A stretch of DNA of 64,000 nucleotides, from positions 109,554,001-109,618,000 of the forward strand of contig OX597818.1 of the NCBI GenBank assembly GCA_951406725.2. Reading direction: 5' to 3'. A program made the position numbers and the translations under genes. Position 1 is the first letter of the stretch, and every line of letters starts with the position of its first letter. The notes beneath the pieces are model-generated. The model did not search any database. It was not told the origin of the DNA and worked only from the letters and a program-made list of their open reading frames with translations. Positions 45,601 to 59,511 of the stretch are shown in pieces. The DNA is from Octopus vulgaris (lineage: Eukaryota).

Positions 45601-48600
45601 TTATTAATAATAGTAATAATCCTTTCCATTATAGGCACAAAGCCTGAAATTTTGGGGGAGGGTACCAGTTGATTAGATCGACCCCAGTGGTACTTAATTT
45701 ATCGACCCCAAAGGGATGAAAGGCAAAGTTAACCTCGGTGGACTTTGAACTCAGAATGCAACGGCAGATGAAATACTGCTAAGCATTTCGCCCGGCGTTC
45801 TAATGATTCTGCCAGCTCGCTGCCATAAATGTATCAAATTCATACAAGAGCTGTGCTAAAAGATTTACCAGACTTGTACCTCCAAGTTATGTCAAACCAG
45901 AAACCCTAAAGTTACGTTGAAGCTGCACCAAAATCATGTTAGAATGATTATGTTAGAGTTATGGCATAAGTATGTTAAAGCTAAGTTGAAGCATTGCCAA
46001 AGTTCAGAACTTTTCCATTGTTAGATCAAAAACTATGTCAAAGTCATTTTAGAACTGTCCCAAAGTTGTGTTGGAGTTATTCCAAAGGCGTAATCAAAGC
46101 CATTCCCCAGGCACAGCCTGAACTGCGTCCAAGTCATGTAAAATTCCTGCTAAGTTGCATTAGAAATGCGTTCAGATTATATTAGAGCTGTTCCCGAGTC
46201 ATACGGAAACTGAACAGAAACCTCATTGAAGATGTGCAAAAATGGTGTAGGAAAAGAATTGTCATTCTAACATGATTTTGGTGCAGCTTCAACATAACGA
46301 TGATGATGATTTATTTATTTCTGAGCCATAAAAGTGAACCACAGATATTGCAGTATAGTATGAGTATAACCTGGATATTGAAGTGTGATATTATGAAAGA
46401 TTAAAATATTATTTTACCGTAGCAGCTGAAAACTTCTTTTCCTTCTGAGATGTCTTTCACTGAACGAACAACCAACGTATCTTTCTGAAAACTAAACACA
46501 AACGTTATGACAAGTTTTGGTTCAAAATTTTATTTTATAATTTTTACCAATCTTTTCTGTTTGTTTTTAACCATTTAGCATTTAAACTGGCCATAACCGG
46601 CCCAAATAGTCTACTTGTTTTATGTTCAAACTGACCAGTTCCTACCTCTCACACCCGCCCTACAATGTCATTCTAAAAATAAACAATCACATCAATGAAA
46701 TCTTGAAGTTATGAAATTATGCATGATTAATTCAAAACAACGTGAATAAACAAGCATTACATTTGTGAAGGCACATGGCTTAGTGGTTAGGGGCATTCGG
46801 CTCATGATTGTAAGGTTGTGAGTTCGATTCCTGGCGACGCGTTGAGTCCTTGAGCAAGACACTTTATTTCACGTTGCTCCAGTCCCCTCAGCTGGCAAAA
46901 ATGAGTTGTACCTGTATTTCAAAGGGCCAGCCGTGTCACCCTGAATCTCCCTAAGAACTACGTTAGGGGTACGCATGTCTGTGGAGTGCTCAGCTACTTG
47001 CACGTTAATTTCCCAAGCAGGTTGTTCCATTCATCGTATCAGCTGGGACCCTCGTCGTCGTAACTGACAGAGTGCTCCTATACATTTAAGAGAGGAATCT
47101 GAATGCTAAATAGTTAAACAGAATGTAAAACTTAATAATTCATAAAAATTTTTTTAAATCCAACTTTTAAACTTTTGCTTATAATTTCTTAAAAATGTGA
47201 AATATTCCAAATTTGAAATCAAAATGAAGAAACTGCAAAACCTCGAGGAAGCAAAAAGTATATATCAGTACCTTAACGATATGGAAGGTTGACAAGAATG
47301 GTTTAGAAGACTAACTGTCGGATACACAGCCGTAGCAAGGCGGACTTGGCTGGTTGTTTGTATAGAAACTCCATCATTGACTGTGGTAGGTCTTGGATCA
47401 GAAAAGTCTAGTTTGGTTATGGCATGAGCATTGCATATGAGTTGTTGGATGTGATGTAATAGAACAGCCCCAACATAACGGTGTGGCTCAGACCACAATA
47501 AATGGCTTTCCTTGGCCTTGTTATCATAATTGTCTAAAATCTGTTGAACTGTATACTTCTCCTGGAACCATCCAGATTGATTCAATATGTGAAGCAAGAG
47601 AACTGCAGTCTGAGAAAACAAAATTTGGATAAAAAATGTATTTTATCTTGGACGAAAAATTTATAAAACACATCAAACATCATTTTATTTGGCTTTTCAA
47701 AATTTTATCTTTTACTTGTTTTAGTCATTAGACTGTGACCAAGCTGGAGCACTGCTTTGAGGAATTTTTAGTTGAATGAACTGACACCCATACTTTTTTT
47801 AAGCCCTGTACTTATGGGGATATAAACACACCAACACTGGTCATTAAGCAGTGGAGGACAAACACACACACACACACACGATGGCTTCTCTACCAAATTC
47901 ACTCACAAGGCTTTGGTCACCTGAAACTACAGTAGAAAACACTTCCTCAAGGTACCACAGTGGGACTGAACCCAGGACCATGTGGTTAGGCAGCAAGCTT
48001 CTTATCTCACAGCCATGCCTGCACCTTTATCTTTTTTTGTGCATGTTTAAGATTAGTTTTGTTAGAAATGACTGGAATTCTTTAAAGCCAAATGACCTAC
48101 CAATTACCAATAACTCAACCTTGAAATATCAAGTGGAATTTAAAACCCATTAATCAGGTCAATTGAAGAAAGCCGAATTCTATCCTCTACGCAGGACCAT
48201 AACACAATGACTTTTGTAGATAGTCTGTTGTGTCTGGGGAGAGTCATTTTCTTTTTGTGCCTTATATTTTAACACACTCACCAGTAAAATTTCCACTTTT
48301 CTCTTATTTTTATTGTCCTAAAATTTTCGTTGCGTCTTGCAACCTTTTCAATAGTTTTGACTCTGCACACACATACATACATATGCATACACACATATAT
48401 ATACATACATACACATGCAAACACACACATACATACATACGTACATGCGTGCATGTATAGGCATACACACACACACTGACCCACACACATGCGCACAAAC
48501 AAACAAAAGGGAACGCAGTGTAAATAACGGACAGAGTCAAGACTACTGGAAAGGTTGCAAGATGCAACAAAAATTTTAGGACAATAAAAAAAAAAAAAGA

Positions 48601-51600
48601 AAGAAGTAGAAATTTTACCAGTGAGTATGTTATATTATAAGGCACAAAAAGAAAATGACTCTCCCCAGACACAACAGAATATGCTTCAACACATGAACTC
48701 ATATAAAGAATCTTGCAAACCAAATCCAAAAACGAAATATTTTGTAGATAGGTTTGGTCTTATGATTACATGTTTTCTATTCCAGCATCTTAACCTATTT
48801 CTTTACTACCTACAAGGGGCTAAACACAGAGGGGACAAACAAGGACAGACAAACAGATTAAGTTGATTACATCAACCCCAGTGCGTAACTGGTACTTATT
48901 TAATCGACCCCGAAAGGATGAAAGGCAAAGTCGACCTTGGCGGAATTTGAACTCAGAATGTAATGGCAGACGAAATACCACTAAGCATTTAGCCCAGTGT
49001 GCTAACGATTCTGCCAGCTCGCCGCCCTTCTTGAAATACCAATAATTGTAAAACTCACCATAGAATATTGCAGCTGATCTTCAGCAGGTATGTCGGTGGA
49101 GTGAGTCATGAGTTTGTAGACAGATAAGTAATTAGTCTCATAGCAACCAGCATCAGTAAGACCATCAATTCCCGAAGGAGGTGTGTCTTTGGTGTGATTT
49201 TCTTTGAAATCTTTTAACAAATACATATAGAGAAACTACAGTAAGATATATATATATATAATTATATATGAACACATGGAGAGAGAGAAAGAGTTTTAAA
49301 GATTATCAATTTTATGTCTTACCAAGGAGATACTGTAAGCCAGTCACCAAGATGATTCTCAGACTTAAGTGAGCAATACCAACCTGTAAAATTATTAAAA
49401 AAAATAACCTGTGATGTTTTAGTAGACAACTGTTGCACAGGTAGAGTGAAGAGAAGCATTTAACAATGCAGAATATGAAGGAAAATACACGTTCATTCAA
49501 CATTTTATCTTCCCTAAGCCTAGGCTTTGAATTGAGGATTAACAATAAGATGCAAATGGTAAGCAATTGAAATACGAAATGCAGAAAGGCTCTGCACATT
49601 AAGGTTACAATGATATTTTGATCTTACAATAAGTCTCTGACATGTAAGAATCTGATGATGGCTGTTAATGAGTTAGTTCAAACACCCAAGGACGAGAATT
49701 TCTCTACAAAATTTGCTGCATTTATTGTATTTTGCATTTTTCTATTTTCTCTGCTAAGAGCACCATCCAAGCGTGATTGTTGCCAGAGCAGCTAACTGGT
49801 TTCTGTGCCGGTGGCACATAAAAGGCATCATTTGAGCATGATCCTGGCTTGCCAATCCTCAGTCAAACCGTCCAATCCATGCCAGTATGGAAAGCGGACA
49901 TTAAGCGATGATGATGATGATGAAGAGGAGAAAAATATTAGAGGAAAAAATATACATAACTTACAGAATGCAACAATTTCAGAAAATAACATTCCACATA
50001 ATGACAGGACGACCAATCTTGTTGACGGCAGATGCGGCTACAGTAAAGGATGTGACAGCATCTTTGACAGCTGGAAAGAGCATAAAAGAAGAAAGATGAA
50101 TGGAATTATAATGTAAAGAATAATAATTCAAATTTTCCAGACTCATCAATATAGACAATGTGTGAAAAGCACCATTCGAGCGTGATCGTTGCCAGTGTCG
50201 CCTTGCTGGCACATGTGCTGGTGGCACGTGAAAAACAATATTCGAGCGTGGTCGTTGCTAGTGCTACTGGACTGGCTCCCATGAAGATAGCACGTAAAAA
50301 ACACCATTTGAGCATGGTTGTTGCCAGAACCATCTGACTGGCCTTTGTGCCGATGGCACATAAAAAGCACCTACTACACTCTCAGAGTGATGGGCATTAG
50401 GAAGGACATCCAGCTGTAGAAACTTTGCCAGGTCAGATTGAGTCTGGTGCAGCCTCTGGCTCACCAGTCATCGGTCAAACTGTCCAACCCATGCCAGCAT
50501 GGAAAGCAGATGTTAAACAATGATAATGATGGTGATGATGATGTGAAAATATAATAAAACAGACTACTTACAAGATGGGCATAGGTTCAATACTTACATT
50601 GACTTCAAAACACGGACTACTGATTGATGTTAGTGTAGCAGTGGTTTGAAACTGAATCTCTGGATATGCAGTCAGACACCATGAGCAAAGTGCAATAGTT
50701 TCATGTGATTGGTCTACGAAGCAGTCAATTAGCCTCAAGCCATCACATAATCCACTCTTCTAGAACTTTCTGCTTGTGTCCTATAGAAAGCCACTTGTAA
50801 CATCAAAACTTTTGGCAGAGCATTGAGACCAGCCGACTTGTTCACATGTCTGACTTTTTACCAGGCAGAAAGTTGGGGCAGCTGCATGTCGAGTCTCCAT
50901 CCTTGCCATCTCCATCCAGTTAAGACAGGAATTTTCATCTCCACAAATATTGTGCAATTATTTTCGAGTTATGATGGGCCAACCACAGATTGCTAAATCA
51001 GTAAGTTTGTCATAACCTCCGAGCAGTATGTCTTCCCCTACTATTTAATTATTACTGTTAGTATTTGTAAAAGACCAACACAATTGAAACACTGAGCGCC
51101 ATAAAATCTTCTGTTAAATGTTTCCAGGTTGTTGTTCAGTTATTTCTTCACACAACCTGAGAAATACATTTTCCTTCAGCAACTCAACCAGTCATCACCT
51201 CAGACCAGCCAACAACAACACAACATTAGTTTAAATAACTGAAGAATGGTACCATCTTCTCTATGGAACAGGAACTCCTCCTCCTCGTCGTTGTCATCAT
51301 TGTTTAACGTCCACTTTCCATGCTGGCATAGGTTGGACGGTTTGTCTGGGGTCTGGCAAGCCAGGAGGCCACACCAGGCTCCAGTCTGATCTGGCAATGT
51401 TTCTACAGCTGGATGCCCTTCCTAATGCCAACTACTCCGAGAATGTAGTGGGTGCTTTTTACATGCCAGTGACATGGGAACCAGTCAGGTGGTACTGGCA
51501 TCTGCCACATTTGAATGGTGCTTTTATGTGCCTCTGGCACAGGAGCCAGGACTGGCATTGGCCACATTTGGATGATGCTTTTTATGTGCTACCACTACAA

Positions 51601-54600
51601 GAGTCAGTCGGGGTGGGACGGGTGGCTGATTTTACAAATTCTAATAATTTATTTTTTTGCACTGAGGCAGATACACCCAAGTTTGCATTGAACGTTTCTA
51701 TTCCTTGCTTCAGGGAAGGTCAGCAGGAAGGGCATTCAGTGTAAACTACTTTGACAGATGGTTTGTAGTGTCCCTTTGCTAAGACACCAGAAGTGCATTC
51801 GACACAGGCAAACACTGAGGAATGGATTATTTATATCCTTCTGATGTTCTGCCTTGATGATGATGATGATGACGATGATGATGCAGCAGCAGTGGTGGTA
51901 ATGTTATTGGTGATGATGATGATGATGATGATGACAAGTGATAAAAGAAGAAAGATGTTATGAAGACTGATAATAAAGAAGGAACGGAGGAAGCAAAGTA
52001 GAGAAAAAATACTGAAGATGGTGTAAAGAATGATACTTACGGTACAGGAGAAACTAATTCATCTAAACAGTAATTACAATGAGATAAGTAGTAGTCTGGT
52101 AGGAGGATAGCAGCATACGGCTTCTCAACGATAAGGACATCTCCTGCTTTGAGAGGGTGTTTCGCCTGGAAATATTGAGAAATGTGTTTGATTTTTTGCT
52201 GGTAACATGTACTTTAAATTATGAAAATTTCAAACAGATACCATTAAATTATCTGCTGGAACAGAATTCCTGAAACAAATGACAAAGTTATTCCTGGACT
52301 TACTCGAAGATGTCGGCCTAAACTGCTATTGTCTTGGAGTTCAACAGCACTCGATGCACAAGTAACGACAGAATTGGTGCCATAACTAACTTTGGTACAG
52401 GGTTCGCAGACATTGTCAGTGTCAAGCAGATGAGTTGAGGTAATATCATTTGTTAATTCCAGATCGCTATAAAATAAAGAAAATTAATTCTGTTGATTAA
52501 TACCCTAATTAATGATGGGGAAGTTTTCTTAGATGTGGTGTGTTGGTGTTATTGTTTAGCTTCAAATCAACCCTGACTGAACCAAATTAGGATTAACCCT
52601 TTTGCATTCAGATTATTCTGTCAAACGGTAATGCTTCTTCATCCACACTGGTTCCAAGTGATCGTGGATTTACCTCGCAGCTTCAAGATTTTTATGTGGT
52701 TCTTTTACTTGTCACAGGCATTTGACTGCGGCCATGCTGGAGCACCACTTTTAGTCAAACAAATTGACCCCAGGGCTTATTTTTTGTAAGCCTAGTACTT
52801 ATTCTATCGGTCTCTTTTGCCGAACCAATAAGTTACAGGGACATAAACACACCAACATCGGTTGTCAAGTGATGTTGGGGGAACAACCACAGACACATAC
52901 AAATATACATACATACAACAGGCTTCTTTCAATTTCCATCTACCAAATCCACTCACAAGGCTTTGGTCGGCCTGAGGCTATAGCAGAAGGAACTTGCCCA
53001 AGGTGCCACACAGTGGGATTGAACCTGAAACCATGTAGTCGGGAAGCAAGTTTCCTATCACACAGCCAGTCCTGCACCCATACATAAAGACAAACGAAAT
53101 ACCTATTTCTTTACTACCCACAAGGGGCTAAACACAGAAAGGACAAACAAGGATAGACAAACAGATTAAGTTGATTATATCGACCCCAGTGCGTAACCGG
53201 TACTTATTAAATCGACCCTTAAAGGATGAAAGCCAAAGTCGACCTCGGCGGAATTTGAACTCAGAACGTAGCAGCAGACGAAATGCCACTAAGCATTTCG
53301 CCCGGCGTGCTAATGTTTCTGCCAGCTCACCATCTTAGAATGACATTGTAGGGTAGGTGTGAGGGATCAGATCTAGACTTTGGGCTGGGTACAGATAGTT
53401 TGAATGCTTAAAGGTATTCCATCAGTGACTCTTCCATCTCTTTTCCAGACACCGTGTATCTTGGACAACAGTATTCGATGTGGGATTCCTTTTCTAAATG
53501 ACCAGGATGTTATTCAAAGAATATTTCTTTGATATTAAGAGTGCCAAGTATCTTCTCTATACTCAGACACCTATCTCTATTCCTCTGTTGTACCTCTCAA
53601 TCGATGCAAAGCCACCTTCCTCAGTACCACTCCCTCTCTCAGTCAAGGGGTCTTTGTCTAGCAAGTTACTTGGCAACCCTGCTGGTGCTGGTGCTGGTGC
53701 CATATAAAAAGCACTCAGTCCACCCTGTAGAGTGGTTGACAGTAGGAAAGGGCACCCAGCTGTAGAAACCATGCCAAAACAGATCATGGAACCTGGTGCA
53801 GATCCTGGCCTTGCCAGTCCCTGACAAACTGTCCAACACATGCCAGCATGGAAAACAAACACTAAATGATGATGATGATGGTGGTGGTGATGATGGTGAT
53901 GTTGATGGTTTTGACAGAGTGGTTGGCATCAGGAAGGGCATCCAGCTGTAGAAACACTGCCAGATCAGACTGGAGCCTGGTGCAGCCTCCTGGCTTTCCA
54001 GACCCCAGTCGAACCGTCCAACCCATGCTAGCATGGAAAGCAGACGTTAAGAGATGATGATGATGACGACGGCGACTAGTGCCAAGTGGTTCCGAGTTTG
54101 TTTGTGGTGATGGAGTTTTAGACATTGGTTTTCATTCCTTGCCAGAATAGTTTTGGACCCAATCAATACTTCATTCCATGTTAATAACTTTAAAGACAAA
54201 ATTGTGCATTCTTCACCATAGACACAGGCATTCTATCAAATTCGTTAAAACTTATACAACTTCACTTATGATTCGTAAACATTCCAGAAATTTGTAAATT
54301 CTCCAACTTACAATTTTGTTTCTACTTTCTTCAGCCATTTTTCAAAATCAGACAATAAACTTTCTGTTAAGAAAAAAAAAGTAAATACACTGAAGACAAG
54401 AAAGACAAATGAAAGAATGGAGAAAATTGAATAACAAAAGAGAAAAAGAAGGAAAGTTAGGGAAAAAATAAAGAACTAAAGAAAGAAAAGATGAAAATTA
54501 TATAAATGTGCATGTGTGTGTAAACATAGTATTACATACAACTATCTCTTGAAGTAAGAAAGAACTCAATACATTTGTAGAGTATGAATATTTTGGTGGG

Positions 54601-57600
54601 TATCATAAAGTTGAATGCCTCACAGTACCTTGTGGTTATATTTCCGTCCTGTATAAAACTACAAGTCATTATTGTGAAGTACTGAACGTCTCAGTGCTCA
54701 CAATAAGATATACATTTATTTTTATTTATCATCTTTCCTTTTTCCTTTAATTAGCCTCATGTCTTTCTTTTGATTAGCTCTACATCATGATATCAAGCAC
54801 TAGTATCACATTAAAATTCATGTATTCATAAAATTTGGCAACACCGAATATTTACTTGCTTCATAATTCATCAATATTTATTCTCTAAGAGATGTAATGA
54901 GTATGTATAAATAAGTATGTATTCTGTAAACAGAAATAAATGTACATTAAAAAAATATCTAACCCTTTTTCTTTGGATCATCATAAGTTTTCTGTTGTAA
55001 GTTCTTCATTCCATCTTGCAATTCTTTAAATAAATGTTGGTAAGATAAAGATAAAAAAAAAATGAAGAAAAATTTTATACTGATTTGCATCCACTTTTCT
55101 GAGTTAGTATATAAAGAGATAACGGTAATCGGATGAGAAATTACAGGAATCTGGAATTTTAAGGCAGTTTTTTTTTTTAAGAGAAAAGTTAGCTTAGGAG
55201 GAGCAGTAACCAAGGACATCTCAAAATTGTAGAACTGAAGAAGTTGATGTCTAGTTGAAACATCTGTCTACAAGAAAAATAGGAATGAAGAAGGGCCTGG
55301 GATTTTGGTTTGAATGCTTCCCATACACAATGAACTCCAGTAGATGTACCCAAAAACAAGATGGTAGTCTCAACTAGGCACTGGATTAGGTCTGAGGCAA
55401 GCAAACTCATATACTTTTCTTAGGAACACAATACTATGGTTTTAATAGTAAGTGTTGCACTCATAACTGCATGTTGGACCCTTAAATTCATTAATTTTGC
55501 AGTCACTATGGTCTCATAACTGATTTCTTACACAGACAAAAGAATAATTTTCATAGGAGCAAGTGTATAGTCAATTGAATCAGTCATAGTACATTGCTGG
55601 TATTTATTTTATTGAAGAAAATGGCAAAGTAAATTCTGCAGACAAATTCACCATCTTTGCAATTACCTGCTTCCAGGATCTATTCCACTGCATGACACCA
55701 TGTTAAGAGCCTCCTAGGGTACAGCCATAGATGGCTATGTGGTTCAGAAGTTTACTCTACAATCATGTAGTTCTGGGTTTGATTCTTCTCCATCACACTT
55801 TGGCCAAACATCTTCTACCAATGTCTTGCGGGGAGGGACAGGCAAGTTAAGCCAACATTTGTGAGATAAACTGGGAAGATGCAAACTAATGATGCAGTTT
55901 TTTGGATGGATGGATGGATAGTTTTAACATCACTTGGCCTTCAGATGACTTTAGTGAATTTTCTCTTTTGTTCCAGTCAATCCAACTGAGTCTCCAGTGG
56001 GAGCATAATCTAATATCTTGATGTGCTGCTTCCTTCTGCACCAACCTATGAAACATTGTTTCTTCCTATCTTTCTTCCTAATCTCATAGGAAACTGGAAA
56101 GGTTGTGGGCCACAAAGCCCATCTTCCTGTGATTAAATTAGAAAAAAATCCATTTTTCATTGGGATCGATAAATCAAGTACCAGTTAGTACTGGGGTTGA
56201 TGTTTTCGACTGTACCCCTCCCCACAAAATCCAGGTCTTGTCCCTATAGTCAAAAGGATTAGTTTAATACACTGAAGTAGGGATCAAACAGCAGGCAATT
56301 GGTCCTTAAAAATGCTTTGGTAGTTATCATAAATAATATTCCTAGATAATCTGGTAGCCTTTTTCAACACTTAGAGAAGTAGAATTAAGTGTACTATCCA
56401 ACAAAATGTGTGCAGTGAGTTGGAATCCAATAACATTGAACTAATGAGTTGATTCCAGCAGATGTTTACAGCAGATGATTACAGCAGATGATTACAGCAT
56501 CAATATAAGACAATAACTTCAGGATACAAAGAGTGAAAGAGAGAGAAAAGAAAGCAAGAGAGATGTATCATGAAAATTGTTCACAATTATTTCAAAACAA
56601 TTATTTGAAAAGCAGTTATGTGAAATAAATATCATTTGTGTACCTGATTTTTAATTTTATCATTTTTGTTTAAATGAAATAAAAAGTTTAGAATAATTAA
56701 CATTTCGTATAATTGTCCTTTTGAATAATTTTCATTCATATAATTTTCCATTTGAATAAATGTTTTCCGAATAATTGCTTTCGAACAACGTTCACATAAT
56801 CGAACAATGCCTATGGTGTGCTGATTGGTTTAAAGTTCCCTGAATAAATCTCCAAAGACTGGATGAAGGAACAAAGTAAAAATACATAATTACCAGTTTT
56901 TGCTTCTTTGTAACGTTGAAGATAGAAAAGACATTGTGCTTTCCGAAGACTGAGTCTCGATGGAAGATGAGCAGGAACACAAGAACATTGTTTGACTTCT
57001 TCTATGTCAGCTATGCATGCCTGGTTGGTGGGAAGAGATGGAAAAGATCTGATATTTATACAGAAGATATTCTTTTGAAGTGGAACAGAAAGTAAATATA
57101 TTAGGTTGTTCTGAAAATAATGGTCGCTCTAAGTGCTGTGTTTTGAAATGTGATTTTATCTACGGCTGGATATCCTTCCTAATGCCAACCACTCTCAGAG
57201 CATAGTGGGTGCTTTTCACATGCTACCAGCACAGGTGCCATTGACCTGACACCAGCATTGGCCATGACCACGGTCTCGCTCGGCTTGACTACAAAATATT
57301 TATTATTTATAATATATAAACAGACATGCATTGCTTAACACATCCTTTCATATTTTTACTTTGTCGGCTCCAGCTTGTATCTAAGAATTGGGTTCGTCAG
57401 TTTCCATCCAGTCTCCTTGGCTGACGTTTGTGCCGAAAGTGACTTTAGAGTCCAAGTCTTTACATTCTGAGTTCAAATTCTACCGAGGTCGACTTTGTCT
57501 TAAATTCTTTCGGGGGTTGATAAATTAAATACCAGTTAAGTATTGGGGTTGATCTAATCGACTGGCCCCCTCCCCCAAAGTTTCAGACCTTATGCCTAGA

Positions 57601-59443
57601 GTAGAAAAGAATATACTGGTTTTATTCAATTGGTTTACTTATCATCTATAACTTAAAATGTTTTTGATAACAACAAGAAACCTTTTTCCTCTTGGGAGGT
57701 CAGTTTGGGGACAAAAGGAATAAAGCACTGAACTAGATTCCTCTCAAGAATTAGTTTTGTCTCTCCTTTAGATTGAATATAAATCTCAATGAGTTTGATT
57801 TTGCCTCTCATTCTTCCAGGGTTGACAAACTAAATCTCAGTAATATGCTGGGCACAATTCAATTGCCTCTACCCAACACCTCCCACAAATGCATCATTAT
57901 GCTAATATAGTCATTATTGGTGTCGTCCATTAAACAAAACTCCCACAGTAACAATGGCATCACCGAATGTAGAGATTACACATTCTATGAGAGAACAAGC
58001 GCAAGATATGAAGCAGTTGTAACTGAGGATTGAACCAAGCTGATGCTTCCATTCATAGTAGCTTTGCCATTACATCAACATTTTGCTACCCAGTAAGTAA
58101 AGAAGCAACAGGATGGGTTGGCAGAATCGTTAGCACATCGGGAAAATTGCTTAGCAGTATGTTGCTTGTCTGGACGTTCTGAGTTCAAATTCTGACATGG
58201 TCAACTTGGATTTTCATCCTTTCGGGGTCAACAAAATAAGGACCAGTGGAGCACTGGGGTTGATGTAATCGAACTAAACCCCTTCCCCAAAATTGCTGGC
58301 CTTGTGCCAAAGTTTGAAACCATAGATGTTTGTTTAATACTCACTTGATATTTGCCGAGATGAAAGAGAGCAGCAGATCGATTAGAATAAGAAAGAGCAA
58401 GGTCATCGGAAGTTAATGGTGCCAAAGTTAGGCTCTGAAAAGAGAAAGAAAGGGAAAATAGACTTGAGTAACTGAAAGCAATAGTAGAAAGGAATTCTTA
58501 TGCTTTGTTATAATGGTAACAAGTGACATAACCTGTAAAGCAATGGTCAAGATGCTTTGTGATATCTACAGTGACCAGAGTTAAAACAATAGCATCTCCT
58601 TCTCTCAGTTTGTCTATTTCCTCATATTTATATATATATATATCATCATCATCATCATTATCATCGTTTAACGTGCTAACTGATGCTGGTGTATTTACCT
58701 CCCTGTAGCTTAGCGGTTCGGCAAAAGAGACCAATAGAATAAGTAGTAGGCTTACAAAGAATAAGTCCTGGGGTCGATTTGCTCAACTAAAGGCAGTGCT
58801 CGAGCATGGCTGCAGTCAAATGACTGAAACAATTAAAAGAATAAAGGAATGTACTTTATTCCCCAGCTAAATCAATCTCACCAGGCTGGAGAGGCCCACA
58901 AAACATCATCAGAACTGCTCTCTTCTCTCTTGATTACTTTACAAAACAAAACAATTCACAACATTTTTCACTGGTAGTGTACTCTACCAGTGAAGCCATC
59001 TTGCATTCATTGACCAGAATTAAAACAAAAGAACACAATTAACCTTAGTGTAATGCTCCAGAGCCACTGCAAAGTTCTTCGCTTGAAATGCCTTGTTGCC
59101 ATTTTGTCGTGCTGCGACTGATTTTTTGTCAGATTTCAGGTGTAATTTATCAGCATTCTCCAAATAGGCAGAGATCCAAGGAATATTTCTAAAAATGAAA
59201 AAAATAATCATATACATATATATATAGTACAAAGTAAGATAGGGGTTATGGGTGTAACCCACTATGGGATATCGTTTATCCAATATACTGTTGGTAAAGT
59301 ACCCAAATTCTTAATTGATTTATACAATATTTTGTATGCTTTTGATGTTCTCATTTGTAAAATGAATAAATAATCCAACATTATGATATCTGAAAGTTAA
59401 TGAACAAACCAAATTTGTTTCTCCATTTTCTCATTTGTATTAT

Positions 59444-59511
<68 letters not shown>

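Noticed and set aside
51660-51820. Multi-hairpin segment between CACTGAGG direct repeats as a possible intronic ncRNA
   Set aside because: Partly resembles the decayed SINE core (ggaagggcattcag); stems are short and there are no box motifs or TIRs.
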